Origin: Octopus vulgaris
Lineage: Eukaryota
Assembly: GCA_951406725.2 (NCBI GenBank)
Contig: OX597834.1
Span: 39,948,001-40,072,000 of the forward strand
DNA: 124,000 nucleotides
Direction: 5' to 3'
Under the pieces are notes generated by a model, which did no database searches, had not been told where the DNA came from, and saw only the letters and a program-made list of their open reading frames with translations. Position numbers and translations under genes: made by a program. Below, piece after piece: positions 58,425 to 74,220 of the stretch. Within the stretch, counting starts at the first letter, position 1. Each line of letters begins with the position of its first letter.

Positions 58425-59219
58425 TTTCACAGCTCGATGAAATAATATTGTTGTTGCTGTTGTTGTTGTTTTAGTGGGTTATTTTGTTGGGTTTTTTTTT
58501 TGTTTAATATGTATATATTTTGTTTTATTTTTAATTTTTTTCTTCTCTTTCTCTCTTTTTAATCTGTGTGAAAACTGAGTAGCAGCACCAAAAACAATCG
58601 CCTGCCCCCCCACCACCCCCACCAACGACAACAACATCCCCCCACCACCACCACCATCAACACCAACCAGTATCACAACCACCAATATCATACCACCGAT
58701 ATCACGCCACCACCACCACCATCACCCCAACAAGACTACCATACCCACCGCCACGACCACCAACAACAACATTACCCCCACCACCACCACCACCACCATC
58801 AACACCAACCAATATCATACCACCGATATCACTCCACCACCACCATCACCCCAACAACACTACCATACCCACCACCACCACCAATAGCACCAACATCAAC
58901 ACCACCACCAACAACAACAACAACAACAGATGTTGCTGACATTGTTTACAATGAAGACCAGAACAACAACTACAACAACAATACCATATAACAAAAAAAA
59001 AAAACAGGCAAAAAAAACAGACAAAAACCTACTGTGTGATGGAATGGCTTGTAATATGAATAAATAAATAAATAAAGTTACAAAAATACGGCTTTTTCCA
59101 TTTTTTCCATTTTTTATCTCATATTTTTCTCTCTATTTTTCGATCCATTTTATAATTATTATTTTTATATTTCATTATTTCCTTTGATAATTGCCAAAAT
59201 AAAAATAAACGAAAAAAAA

Positions 59220-59745
59220 AACCTCCATTGGCCCATCTCTTGATTCAACAATAAAATTCTTTTATGATCCGACAATAGGCTTTCTAAATAGCCGTCTAAC
59301 TTGCTCAATATAACAGCTAAATCTCCCTCCATGAATTCTCTAGATAGCATGAACATATTTTGGTACTGGAGGTCTTGATTTAATCAGTTTTCGCTCACCC
59401 AAACATAAATGGAAAAAGCTGTGCCAGACCAAAGTTTACGTTCATCAAATTTGTTGCCCCGTTAAATAAAAAACTAACAGGAAATTGTATTTTTCTGAAA
59501 CCATATACAGAAGGACTTTGCAAATCCAGTACCCAAGATACACTTTTAGATTCATATCTATTATTATTGGAGCAACAGGGTACATACCAACCCGTTTTGA
59601 GTAAAGTATAGCAGAACTTTGAGATCTTGAGGACAGAATGCAAATCCTTAATTCAGACACTAAAAATGATGGTGGTATCTGGGACTGCAAACATCTGTAA
59701 GACCTTAACATTTAAAGAATGCTGGCTAAAACTTTGGTACCAAGG
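59220..59745 (+). pseudogene. Degenerate R4/R2-type RLE-domain retrotransposon 3' fragment
   Basis: Frameshifted RRTLQIQYPRYTFRFISIIIGATGYIP and MVVSGTANICKTL, typical of the RLE C-terminus. Confidence 0.7.
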
Positions 59746-60074
59746 AGGTGACCAGTGAAAGTTTACTCTACATTAAAAGAGGAAAGTGAACATAGGTGCA
59801 GGAGTGGCTGTGTGGTAGGTAGTTTGCTTACAAACCACAAGGTTCCAGGTTCAGTCCCACTGCATGGCACCTTGGGCAAATATCGTCTGTTATGGTCTCA
59901 GGTTCCCCAATGCTACCAGAGTGACATTTAGTAAATTCTGTACCAAAGTGTGTTGTGTGTATATGTGTTTCATCATACATGTATACCTATATATGTGATG
60001 TGTGTGTATGTATACATATGAATGTGTATATACGTGTGTATGTATGCAATGCATGTGTGTGTGTATGTATGTTG

Positions 60075-60135
<61 letters not shown>

Positions 60136-60139
60136 TGTA

Positions 60140-60191
<52 letters not shown>

Positions 60192-60327
60192 ATACACAAA
60201 CATAGATGTAAGTATGTATATATCATCATCATTTAATGTCCGCCTTCTATGCTGACATAGGAGGGACATATGAATATACATATAGACACATATGTGCATG
60301 TGTGTATAATATATATACACACGCATA

Positions 60328-60361
<34 letters not shown>

Positions 60362-60503
60362 CCTTTGAACTTTACTAGTACAAGCCAAAAAAGCACACCT
60401 GCTGTAAAGTCAACACTGTGGAAAAATCACCCTGTCATTCTTTTCCTGGAAATTGTGTTTAGTTTTGATAATGTTGGTCTTCTAAAATAATTCCCTACTC
60501 AGG

Positions 60504-60534
<31 letters not shown>

Positions 60535-61170
60535 GTTGATAACCTGACTTTGTACTGAAATCTGTTTATGCTCAACACTATTGGTTAGTTTAAAATGGCA
60601 AGCTGGCAGAATCGTTAGCATGCCAGGCAAAATGCTTAGCGGAGTTTCATTCTTCTTTAAATTCTGAGTTCAAATTCCACCAAGGTCAATTGTGCTTATC
60701 CTCTTTTATAAACTAAATGCACCCTTTTAAAGCCTAGCCAGGCTCATGGGCCTGGCTTCCTGGTTTCAATGGCGTATGTGTTCCCCAGCTCGATGGGACG
60801 CCAGTCTGGCCCCTGTGCCGGTGGCATGTAAAAAGCACCCACTACACTCTCGGAGTGGTTGGCGTTAGGAAGGGCATCCAGCCGTAGAAACTCTGCCAGA
60901 TCAGACTGGAGTCTGGTTCGCCAGCCCTCAGTCAAATCGTCCAGCCCATGCCAGCAAGGAAAGCGGACGTTAAATGATGATGATATCACATGTAGTTGAG
61001 TGGTAATAAATTGGTTTCTTAAAAGTATGGTTCTAGGTTCAATCCTACTGCATGGTACTTTGGGCATCTGTCTTTTACTGTGTAGCCTTGTGGGTTTTGG
61101 AGACGGAAACTAGAAGCAGCTAGTCACATGTGTGTGAACATGTGTGCGTGTGTGTGTGTGTGTGTGTGTT

Positions 61171-61211
<41 letters not shown>

Positions 61212-62091
61212 TTGTGTGTGTGTGTGTGTATGTTTGTGGCTCCTTGACATTGTTTGATAACTGTAAATGGTCTGTCACTGTCACACAAACGGTGTGATTC
61301 ATTACCAAAATTCTGCACAAAACATGTCTGGGAAAATATTTCCTTGCTTGGAGCACGGAAAAATGGATGTGATGACGATGACGACAATGATGATGATGAT
61401 GAATCTATGGGGAAAGTAGAAATACAAATAACAAAAGAGAAAAAAAATAGAACAAAAAGTACAAGAGAAGTTCACAGTCAATAAGTACTGGGTTGGAGGT
61501 GAAGGAAGGAGAAAAAGTTCTAGAGGGAAAGTAAGAGAGAGAGAGGGAGAGAGACAGACAGACAGATAGACAAACAGACAGAAAGATAGATAGGGTTAAA
61601 GAGAGAGGGATAATGTTAGAGGGAGAAAGAGAGAGAGGGGGGCAGAGAGAGAGAGAAAGAGAGAGAGGGGAGAAAGAAAGAGAGAGAGGGGAGAAAGAGA
61701 GAGAGGGGAGAGAGAGAGAGAGACAGTCCTTTGTCAGATAATAGAGGGAAAAGTCCGGGAGTGATTGGGAAGAGAAGGAAGAGAAAAAAGGAGATAAAAA
61801 AAGAAGAAAACCAGAAAAAAAATACACACATGGGTTAGGCTCATATGTTTCACTTCTCATTCACTCATTCTGTATGTGTGTGTATACATACATATGTGTG
61901 TGTATATATATATGTGTGTGTGTGTGTATGTGTGTATGTGTACGTGTGTGCATGTATATATATGTATGTATGTTTGTATGTATGTATGTATCTGTGTGTG
62001 TGGGTTAAATGTATATATATGTGTGTTTGTATATATATATGTACATATATACATAAGTACGTGTATATATGTATACATATATATGTGTACA

Positions 62092-62126
<35 letters not shown>

Positions 62127-62145
62127 GTACATATATGTATATATA

Positions 62146-62365
62146 GTTAAACCAAACATGAAAACACAAAGAGAAAACACAGCAAAGCGAGGACGTGGAA
62201 CAAGTATAGTATTATCGGACGCTCAGGAAAGGAAAGAAAGAAGGAGGATTTAATGTTTCGAGCGGAGCTCTTCGTCAGAAACATAGAAAAAGGAAAGGTC
62301 CAAGGAAGGGAAGACGGAGGGAAAAAAATCGCGAACGATACACACGCGGTCACATATTGAACTAT
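62146..62365 (-). mobile_element. Penelope-like fragment with hammerhead-like motif at 62248-62284
   Basis: gttt CTGACGA AGAGC TCC GCTC GAAAC ATT AAAA on the minus strand. Confidence 0.6.
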
Positions 62366-63599
62366 GTATATGTATATGTGTGTGTGTGTGTGTGTGTATG
62401 TTTGTGTGTCTGTGTTTGTCCCCCTAGCATTGCTTGACAATCGATGATGGTGTGTTTATGTCCCCGTCACTTAGCGGTTCGGTGAAAGAGACCGATAGAA
62501 TAAGTGCTAGGCTTGCAAAGAATAAGTCCTGGGGTTAATATGCTTGACAAAATGTGGGTGCGTGTCACTCGTATGTGCAGCATGTGCAGGAAGAGAACCT
62601 GTTTGGCTTTGTAATTGGTTTACATGTATCTGGGTACACGTCAACACAACTATGTATGGATGAAGAGCTGTGTGTGTGTGTGTTTGTGAGTATTAGTGTG
62701 CATGCGCATGTGAGTGAGTGCATGCGCATGTGAGTGAGTGCATGCACATGTGAGTGAGTGCATGCGCGTGTGTCTGTGTGTGAGTGTGCATGTTTTTATG
62801 TGTGTGTGTGAGTGTGCATATGCATGTTTGTGTGTATGTGTGTGAGTGTGCATGTTTGTGTGAGTGCGTGTGTATTTGTGTGTGTGTGTGCCTATATTTG
62901 TTTGTGCATGCATGTATATGTGTATGTGCATGTGTATGTATTTATTTGTGTGTGTGCGTATGCACGTGTATCTATTTATGTAGCACACACACACATATGC
63001 TGTAAAGAGCACGAACCCTTTTCTCTACAATCCTTACATATATCCCCCCACACACACACACACACACACATACATACACACGCACTCTCCTCCTCTCTCA
63101 TATGCACATTCTTTCTCTTCATCCCTCTCTCTCATCTTCTTGCACACACACACACACACTTATACTCTCTCTCTCTGTCTCTCTCCCTCTCTCACACACA
63201 TCTCCCCTCTCTCCTTCTCTCTCCCATAGGATATCTGTGTGTGTCCCAAAGTGGACAGTCATGTGTTTGAGCCAATCCTGTAAGGAGAACAGGATATTAC
63301 AAGAGGGACAACAATACCAATTCTGATTGCTCTAGTTATGCTTGTTGGTGATGTGATGGTCATGATGGTGAGAATAAAAGAGAGAGACAAACGTTTGAAC
63401 TTTATGATAAGCAACAACAAAACACAATACAATACAACAAACACACAACAATATGCACGGCTAAAACAATACATAATACAAAACGAAAACAAAAACAAAA
63501 CTTATAAAATATTCTTTCCTACTCTAGGCACAAGGCCCGAAAATTATTTGGCGGGAGGAGCTAGTTAATTAGATCAACTTATATGTGTGTGTGTGTGTG

Positions 63600-65160
<1,561 letters not shown>

Positions 65161-65374
65161 TATAAGGTGGTATGTATGTGTGGTTAAGAAGTTTGCTCCT
65201 CCATTTCATGTCTTTAGGTTCAGTCCCATAGTGTGATGCTGCCTTGTTGGAGTGAGTACCTTCTACTATATTCCCAGGCTGACCGACGACTTGTAAAGGA
65301 ATTTTGGAGATGGAAACTGAAACGACCCTGTGCTGCACAAACACAAACAAATGATGTGTATGTGTGTAGGGGGG

Positions 65375-65545
65375 AGGGTCCGATTTGAATTTTTTCTTCT
65401 ACGGAATGAAGAGCAAGCCTTCTTCTATCATACTCTCAAGTTTGGTCAGCTTGCGCCGCAGGGTCTCGGAGGAGATAGTGTTAGTTGAAGGCTACCAAAC
65501 CTGCCACACACACACAGACAACTTCAGCTTTATATATATAGAGAG
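65375..65545 (-). mobile_element. Helitron 5' fragment
   Basis: Reverse complement of 45069-45240. Confidence 0.75.
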
Positions 65546-65731
65546 ATTTTATGATTGTTGTCGTCGTACAGAACTAATTGACTTTTAAAGAAATAGCTTA
65601 ATGAGGCAAGGGAAGTAACTCAAAACATGCTCACCTGATCGAGTTAGTGATATAGAGTTATTTCCCTTGCACACCCAGGCAATCTGGTTTCTTTTAACCA
65701 GCCAGCATTTACAATTCTATCGTATTACAAT

Positions 65732-65975
65732 CTGTTGTGTCTGGGGAGAGTCATTTTCTTTTTGTGCCTTATACTTCAACTCACTCACAGGTAAAATTTC
65801 TACTTTTTTCTTATTTTTATTTTCCTAAAATTTTCGTTGCGTCTTGCAACCCTTTCAATAGTTGACGCAACGAAAATTTTAAGAAAATATAAATAAGAAA
65901 TAAGCGGAAATTTTACCGGTGAGTGTGTTGAATTATAAGGCACAAAAAGAAAATGACTCTCCCCAGACACAACAG
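65732..65975. mobile_element. MITE with 42-bp perfect TIRs
   Basis: ctgttgtgtctggggagagtcattttctttttgtgccttata and its reverse complement at the other end; internally deleted copy at 83709-83870. Confidence 0.88.
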
Positions 65976-66014
65976 AATATGCTTCAACACACGAACTCAC
66001 GTAATATTTATATA

Positions 66015-66681
66015 TTGCTGCCATAATCCTTGCCCTCAGTTCGTCTTTGGTGTTATAGGGAGTTTTGTTGGTCTTTTGTTCAACTGCAATTGACTCATAA
66101 TAATCAAGGGGGTTGCAGTCTGGGGAGTTAGGTGACCAGATGTTAGGAGTGATGTCCTTGTTTGTCCCCTCTATGTTTAGCCCCTTGTGGGTAGTAAAGA
66201 AATAAGTGTGCTGTTACCAGACACAGAGTCTTCCAGCAGCCACCCCCTTGACCCTTTTCAGGCCAGCACTACCTTCGCCAGGCACATGATGTAGGCATCC
66301 GTGTTGAGTCTAAGGCCGTGTGGGAAGATGAATGGAGGCATAATGTCACCATCACCTAGTGATCACTCCAAACACCATGATGTTGACTGGATGTTTTCTT
66401 TTTATCACTCTTGGCACACATTTGGGGGGACACAGCAAGCCAACGATTGTTTTGTGTGGTCACCATCTGTCCATATTGGAGTTTCCAACACAAATGCCAA
66501 GTAGTGCAGCTTGTTGTTTCCAAATTTCTGGCAGAGTAAATTGCGTCGTGGTGCCTGTTTTTCTCACAGACGGTGCCCAACTGACCCTACTATACTGTGT
66601 AGTCAACAGAATCAAAAACAAGCAATGCTCATGTGCAAAATTAAGAAAATAAAATGGCGACAATTTACCCATCGCACCCTG
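66015..66681 (-). mobile_element. maT-like (DD37D-type) transposon remnant with an inserted family B fragment (~66152-66206)
   Basis: TA-CAGGGTG end; IMVFGVI..DGDIMPPFIFPHGLRLNTDAY and ITPNIWSPNSPDCNPLDYY motifs. Confidence 0.8.
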
Positions 66682-67112
66682 TACTTATATATCCTTTACT
66701 TGTTTCATTTATTAGACTGTGCCCATGCTGGGGCACCACTTTATAGACTGTTTTAGTTAGATAAAGTGACCTCAGGACTTATTCCAATGGTTTCTGTTTC
66801 CAAAGTGCTAAGTTACCAGGATGTAAACACATCAGTACAAGATGTCACGCAGTAGTGCGGAACAAATACAGACACAAAGACACACACAGACATAAATACA
66901 TATATATATATATGTATGTGTGTGTGTGGGGGGGCTTCTTTTAGTTTTTATGTACCAAATCCATTCGATGGGCTTTGGTGAGCCTGAGGCTAGATTAGAA
67001 CACCCTTGCCAAAGGTGCCACACAGTGGGACTGAACACAGAACCATGTAGCTGGGAAGCAAGCTTCTTACCACACAGCCTTACCTGTGCCTAAATACATA
67101 CATATATATATA

Positions 67113-67546
67113 TATTGAATAACACATCGGCCCAACTTGGATGTGTTTTTTATAATGCTTTGTCTGTAGTAATTGTCCTGAAAATCATTTTGCAATTTTG
67201 CATAGATGGCAAATGCTAAAAACCATTCAAATTCTATTATCAGTTGACAAAATTCCAGCAGTACACGAGCAGATGACGCTACCATGTCATGTAATTTCAC
67301 TCTATTGCAGATCATGCTCTCTTGCATTCAGCTTGGCTAGCTGCCACTGATGATCTGCAATATGTCGAAATCACGTGATACAATACAGCAGTGTCAACCA
67401 CCACTGACAGAATTTCATCAACTGATAATAGAGTTCAAATGCTTTTTAGCATTATTTGATTCACAAAATGATTTTTCAGGACATTTACAGCAGTCTAAGG
67501 TGTTATAAACAACATCCAAATTAAGTTGAGTGCGCTAATTAACAAT
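67113..67546. mobile_element. Fold-back element; almost the whole element is an imperfect inverted repeat
   Basis: Outer arms (~130 bp; gtcctgaaaatcattttg..ctattatcagttga / tcaactgataatag..caaaatgatttttcaggac) plus inner arms (attgcagatcat / atgatctgcaat). Confidence 0.8.
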
Positions 67547-67570
67547 CATTATAAAAGCTGCTTCAGTTGC

Positions 67571-67623
<53 letters not shown>

Positions 67624-67853
67624 TATATATATATATATATATATTTGTGTATAGGTGCATGTGTTTGTTTGCTCGTTTTATGTCTGTTTTCTATGCCGGA
67701 ATGTGCTAGATGAATAGATTATTGTGGTATTATTTTACAGAGGGATGCCATTCCAGTTGCAAGGGGGAACAGAGTGACAGGAGTGATGGCAAAGAAGAGG
67801 ATAGAAAATTGATAGAGATAGTGCTACAAATGAGAAGTAGTAAAAGCAGGATC

Positions 67854-67884
<31 letters not shown>

Positions 67885-69599
67885 TAAATTAGGGATAAAT
67901 GACAGAGTGATGGACAGTTGTAGAAGTGGTCAGTGGTAAGAGTGTGTGAACTGAATTTCACTAATATTGTGTGTGTGTGTGTGTACACAACTTTAAACTG
68001 CATCCTGTAGCAGGGCTCTGGTTCATCTGTGTGCCAGTGTCTTGAGGAGTGTGGAACCACTTCTTAACCATTGCTGTTCCTGGGTCCGATCTGACTCAGA
68101 GTAGTAACACCTGTGAGGGGTTCCCGGTATGGGTTAATTAACATGGAATTTTCTCTATAGAAGGTCACTCACAAGCACCCCCAACAGACCCAGAGCTGAC
68201 GAGGCCCTTCAGCTCTCTAGCTATTCATGTAAGAGACTAACCCCATACAAATCCTGCATTGCATCCTGATAACTATTGTCTCATGGCACTTGTTACATTA
68301 GACAAATGTAAGTCTTAAGGATGAAAGAGTGGGGCTAGCGCTGCACAAACCATGCTCACTCTAATAAAAGTCATCATGTAGGTTATTTAGTTAATCAAGT
68401 CACCAGCACCAATGCCATTACACTTTCTTCAGAAGTTCAGTGCTGATAAGGAAAGGGGTAACAGGGACAGGTAGAGAATTATACTGGAAGTCTCAAGCTT
68501 TGGACCCACACACAGCAGTCATAGGACGATGGTCATTTCTCTGCGTTTTGCTAAACCCTCAGTCATGAAAGCAACAAAGGAATTCAAAAGGAAGTAACAG
68601 AGAGAAACATGTGTGTGTGTTTATATATTTGCACACACAAACACATACACACTATAAAACTGTCTACAGATATTTATTTGGAAGCATTTTAGCTATGAAA
68701 TTAAATCAATGTGTAAACATCCTGATACTCGCTTAAATAAAGAGATAACTCACTGGAAATTTTCTGATAAGTCTGTTTCAGAGATTATTGTCTTCCTTTC
68801 AGAAAAAAATGCATTTTTTAGCTATCCAGTGGGTTAGTAATTTGTATAGATATCTGTAGTAGCTTATCAGCTTATCTGAAGATAACATAAGTGTTCTCTG
68901 CTGATTTGACTATAATATCTATTTAATTAAACAGTATGCAGTAAATATTGTAAATATATACATTATAAGTATTGTAAATATACACTCAGACTATCCAAAG
69001 CTTTGTGAATGGATTCAGTAGCCAGAACCTCATCTTGTGATGAGGCAAGTTGGCAGAAACGGTAGCACGCAGGGCAAAATGCCTAGAGGTATTTCACCTG
69101 TCTTTACCTTCTGAGTTCAAATTCTGCCAAGGTCGACTTTGCCTTTCATCCTTTCGGGGTCGATTAAATAAGTACCAGTTACGTACTGGGGTCGATGTAA
69201 TTGACTTAATCCCTTTGTCTATCCTTGTTTAGCCCCTTGTGGGCAATAAAGAAATAAAAACCTCATCTTGTGTGCGTGTGTTCATGTCATGCCTGTGCTT
69301 GTTCCCCAATCCCTCCACATCATTTGACAACTGGTTAGGAAGTGAGTTTCCTAACCACAGCCATGCCTGCAGCTAAGAATAAAATAAATTCAATGGAATT
69401 CATTCTAACTCGTTTTATAGAACTTTCACCAGTTTCTCTTTCATTCTTCCAATGCGTGTTAATGTGAATTCTCCTACACGAGGTTCCACCACAACCTGAT
69501 GCATCAAACTTTACAAATTTTACTCAACAGCGTCACAGATTTCTTATGCTTAAATATACATAAACAGAAATATTATGGCTATTTAAGGTAAATATTTCG

Positions 69600-69885
69600 T
69601 GATTCGTGTCCGTTGCCAGCCTCGCCTGGCCCTCGTGCCGGTGGCACATAAAAAGCACCATCCGTTCGTGGCCGTTTGCCAGCTCTGTCTGGCACCTGTG
69701 CGGGTGGCACGTAAAAAGCACCCACTACACTCTCGGAGTGGTTGGCATTAGGAAGGGCATCCAGCCGTAGAAACACTGCCAGATTTGACTGGGCCTGATG
69801 AAGCCTTCTGGCTTCACAGACACCAGTAGAACCGTCCAACCCATGCTAGCATGGAAAACGGACGCTAAACGATGATGATGATGAT
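69600..69885 (+). mobile_element. 5'-truncated RTE 3'UTR
   Basis: (GAT)n tail; match to 108700-109121. Confidence 0.85.
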
Positions 69886-70049
69886 AATTTAAATCTAAAT
69901 ATTGGCTTCAAATTCTGGCATAAGAACAGCAATTTCAGAGGAAGGGCTAAATTGATGACATCAATCCCACAGCGCAATTAGTACTTATTTTATCAACCCC
70001 CCAAAGGAGGAAAGGTTAAGTTGACCTCAGTGGTATTTGAACTCAGAAA

Positions 70050-70720
70050 CATTAGCACGCCAGGCAAAATGCATAGCCATATTTTGTCTGCCATTACGTT
70101 CTGAGTTCAAATTCCGCCGAGGTCGACTTTGCCTTTCATCCTTTCGGGGTCGATTAAATAAGTACCAGGTACACACTGGAATCGATATAATCAACTTAAT
70201 CCGTTTGTCTATCCTTGTTTGTCCTCTCTGTGTTTAGCCCCTTGTGGGTAGTAAAGAAATAGGTTTTTGAACTCAGAATGTAAAGTCGGAAAAAATGTTG
70301 CTAATAGGCGTAGGAGTGGCTGTGTGGTAAGTAGCTTGCTTACGAACCACATGGTTCTGTGTTCAGTCCCACTGTGTGGCACCTTGGACAAATGTCTTCT
70401 ACTATAGCCTCGGGCCGACCAAAGCTTTGCGAGTGAATTTGGTAGACGGAAACTGAAAGAAGCCCATCGTATATGTGTATATATATATGTATATGTGCAT
70501 GTATGTGTGTGTATATGTTTGTGTGTCTGTGTTTGTCCTCCCAACATCGCATGACAACCGATGCTAGTGTGTTTACATTCCCGTAACTTAGCGGTTCAGC
70601 AAAAAGGACCAACAGAATAAGTACTAGGCTTACAAAGAATAAGTCCTGGGGGCGATTTGCTCGACTAAAGGTGGTGCTCCAGCATGGTCGCAGTCAAATG
70701 ACTGAAACAAGTAAAAGAGT
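70050..70720 (+). mobile_element. Family B SINE followed by a full-length family A SINE (70309-70720)
   Basis: Both match other copies in the window. Confidence 0.88.
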
Positions 70721-70919
70721 AAGCTTTTTTTCCACAATGGCAATGATTCTGCCAACTCGTCACTTTATTTAAGCATTAAATTATAAATTAAGCATTAAAA
70801 AAAATATTTATCTATATATTATTTTATGGAATTCTTCTGAAGGTTCTCTGGAGCAAATGTTACTTGACAGGGTGCACGACTCGGACATTAGGGAGTCTAT
70901 CTAGGTTTTGATGTAAATA

Positions 70920-71105
70920 ATTTTTGGTGTTAACATGGTCCGATTTGAATTTTATCTTCTATGGAAGGAAGAGCAAGCCTTCTTCTATCATACTCTCAAT
71001 TTTGGTCAACTTGCACCGCAGGGTCTCGGAGGAGAGAGTGTTAGTTGAAGGCTACCAAACCTGCCATACACAGGCAACTTCAGCTTTATATATATATAGA
71101 GAGAG
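70920..71105 (-). mobile_element. Helitron 5' fragment
   Basis: Reverse complement of 45069-45250. Confidence 0.75.
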
Positions 71106-71790
71106 ATTTCAGTGGAAAAGAAAACGAATGTCGTACACTTACTGAATGATATTTTTCAGTGATTTTGTAGGATGAAAATATATGTTTCTCCACATCATCA
71201 TCATCATCATCGTAGTTTAGCGTCCGCTTTCCATGCTAGCATGGGTTGGACGGTTCAACTGGGGTCTGGGAAGCCAGAAGTCTGATCTAGCAATGTTTCT
71301 ACGGCTGGATGCCCTTCCTAACGCCAACCACTCCGTGAGTGTAGTGGGTGCTTTTTACGTGCCACCGGCACAGGTGCCAGACGAGTCTGGCAAATGGCCA
71401 CGATCGGATGGTGCTTTTTATGTGCCACCAGCACATGTAACTACAATATTGTCAAAGTATTCTGTAATAAAGTATAACACCTGAAATTTATAATAAATAA
71501 ATTAGATTATAGTTGTCGAGCATCTCAACATAATCTTTCAGGTGAAATGTGAACTTATAACATTGGTCAAGAAAATTGCCATACAAGATGTGAAACTTAT
71601 ATGTAACTGTGATGGACCCCATGGAGGAGGTGCTTCATGTACCTACCTCCGGAACCATCCCAGAAATAGTGGGCGGAGAAAATGGATGGATGGATCGATG
71701 GATGGATCGGAAACAATATTTAAATATTCATTTTTTAAATTAGGGGAAAAAAAAAAAAACTGACAGAAGAAATTGTAAAGAAATTCTCAC

Positions 71791-71938
71791 CTGGTTGTCT
71801 ACTTTTTATAAGTTTCTTAATTCCAAATGGTAAAGTATTTAATTTATGCTTATGGGGAGATAAATTGCCACTCCTCGCTCCACAGCATAAAAAACAATTT
71901 GCCACAGATATATCCAATAAAGGCTTGTTATTTCCCAT
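71791..71938 (-). CDS. RASAL2/DAB2IP/SYNGAP1 (raskol): Candidate alternative first coding exon (MGNNKPLLDISVANCFLCCGARSGNLSPHKHKLNTLPFGIKKLIKSRQP + G)
   Basis: ATG plus 49 open codons in unique sequence, ending at a strong CAG|GTGAGA donor in phase 1. G|AT gives Asp at the 49174 acceptor. Confidence 0.7.
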
Positions 71939-72499
71939 GATGCAATGCAGTTTTGTTTTTGTTTCACAGATTTTTCAAACAGGAATGTCTTTACAAATAG
72001 CTACCAATGTCTCACAAAAGGGCTGAGTGAAAATGGGACAATTTTTCCGGCATATTTTTGTGTAATATTTCATCCATTTCTTGTAATCAATTATAAAGCA
72101 GCTATGTTAGAAACCAACCTTTTTTTTTATAAAGAAATTCTATAGAAAAACTGTACTATAAAGTAGTTTAGACAACACAGTAGCTATATTAAAAAGTAAG
72201 TATTTATAAAGAAGCTGTACTACAAAGTTCTACAATAATCCAGTTATATGATAAAGTTATATTATGAAAAAGCTCTACAGAGAAGCTGTGTTATAAGGTA
72301 GTTATATGGTACAGTAGCAATATTATAAAGTAGCTACACTGTATAGTTGTTGCACTATATAAAAGCTATATATATAGGGAGAGTAGTTATAATACGAAAC
72401 AGCAATATTATGAAGTAGGTATTATATAAAGTTGTTCTATTACTAAGAAGATTTATCATAAAGATGCTATCCAAGTTAATTAAATTTTGCTGATATAGA

Positions 72500-74178
72500 G
72501 GAATGAAATTGCAATTCTTTTTTTAAATCAATAAAGAATTATAATAAATATGTAAATAGATATATTAAATTAATTTATAAGATATTAATAACAATGAAAA
72601 AATTTAATGTTTAACAAATATTTAATAGTAAAAGTGTTTTATAGTTGATTTTTTTTTATTCCCTTTCATGCCCTTTTTCTATTATTTTAATTGTATTTTA
72701 ATAAAATTCCTTCATTTACTGATTATCCAACAAATAAGTCACAGAATTTCTGTCTGGCATTCGCAGAAATGTTGAAATGGAATGAAATATAAATTAACAG
72801 CAACAGTTGTAGACAAACTATATTAATAATTTTCTCAAATTTGTATCCAAGAACGACCTTCTAGATTGATTAGATTAAAAATAATCGGAAAGACAATATC
72901 TTTAATTACAATCTCTTCGTCTGTGTTTTAAATAAACAAATAATAAAATGCTTACGGAGTTAAAATTTTAATTCAGTTATTTTAATTAGTTGAGAGGATC
73001 GATATAGCTTGTTATGCCTCGTTATATAATTCTTGTGGAAGGATATAAGAAATAGGGGACGGAAAAACAAAACGAGAGAAAAAAAAAACCGCTTTTTTCC
73101 TGCACCTTAACTTGAAGAAATTCAAAGACGTTTTAGTCTTAAGAATTGTACCGGGAATTCCAAAACGTAATACAACTTTAATTATAATAATAATAATAAC
73201 AATAATAATAATAACAATAACAATAATAATAACAATGATAATGATAAAAATATTGGTAATAATAATAAAAATAGTTATTTGGTATAAGGATGGTGTATGC
73301 TATCAATGCTAATTCTTCATTTAAAATGGTATATTTCCACTCTTAAATCATTAAAAAAAAAAACATATATAAATATAATAAGACAGCTAAATGTCAAGAG
73401 AATCGTAGTTTAATCAATGTCAAATCGATATACTGTATATGGTCAATATATATATATATTATACTTAATTATATATATATGTGTGTGTGTATATATGTAT
73501 GTATATAGATGTGTGTATGTGGGTGGGCTGAACGTAACACGGATTACATGCTGAGGTATTTTGCGTTTGGTCAACTTTTTCAACAAATATGTTTCTTCCT
73601 TTTGGCTCATATTTCTACAGAAAGCTCTCCGCAATGGTAACGCCGAAAGGGAATGGTGTTCTTTGTCCCTGCACCTCGTCCTGTCTTTAAGTAAATTGCT
73701 TCCTTTTTAGACAGATACAAAGAATCATTCGTTAACTTTTTCAAAAAAAAACCAATGCCAATTTTGTAATTTGCCGGATCCGAGATAAAAGTTTTATAAT
73801 GGTAATATAGATCAACGTGGAAACGAAAGCGAGGAAAAACGAAGATAAGATTGCAAGTATACGAGATATTTTTCTTCTTCTTCTTCTCCTTCTCCTTCTT
73901 CTCCTTCTTCTTCTTTATCTGACCCTGCACAAACAGACACCAACACACACAGACGTAGACAGAGAGACATCACTCAGACACCTTTTCTATGGACTCTGCA
74001 GTTCTATAAACTGCAACAAGGTGGTCAGTCGACAATAATATAAACAGCGCTATCGTCACTGCAACACCTACTTACAAGTCGGGCCTCGCGTTACGACAAA
74101 TGCTGCGAATATCTAAATATTTAGAATCTGATTGTATTATGATGGGTGTGAGGGTGTGTATGTGTGTGTGTGCATGCA

Positions 74179-74220
<42 letters not shown>

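Noticed and set aside
63315-63360. Additional phase-1 first-exon candidate (MTITSPTSITRAIRI|GTATTG)
   Set aside because: Weak donor and low-complexity context; chance occurrence is likely.
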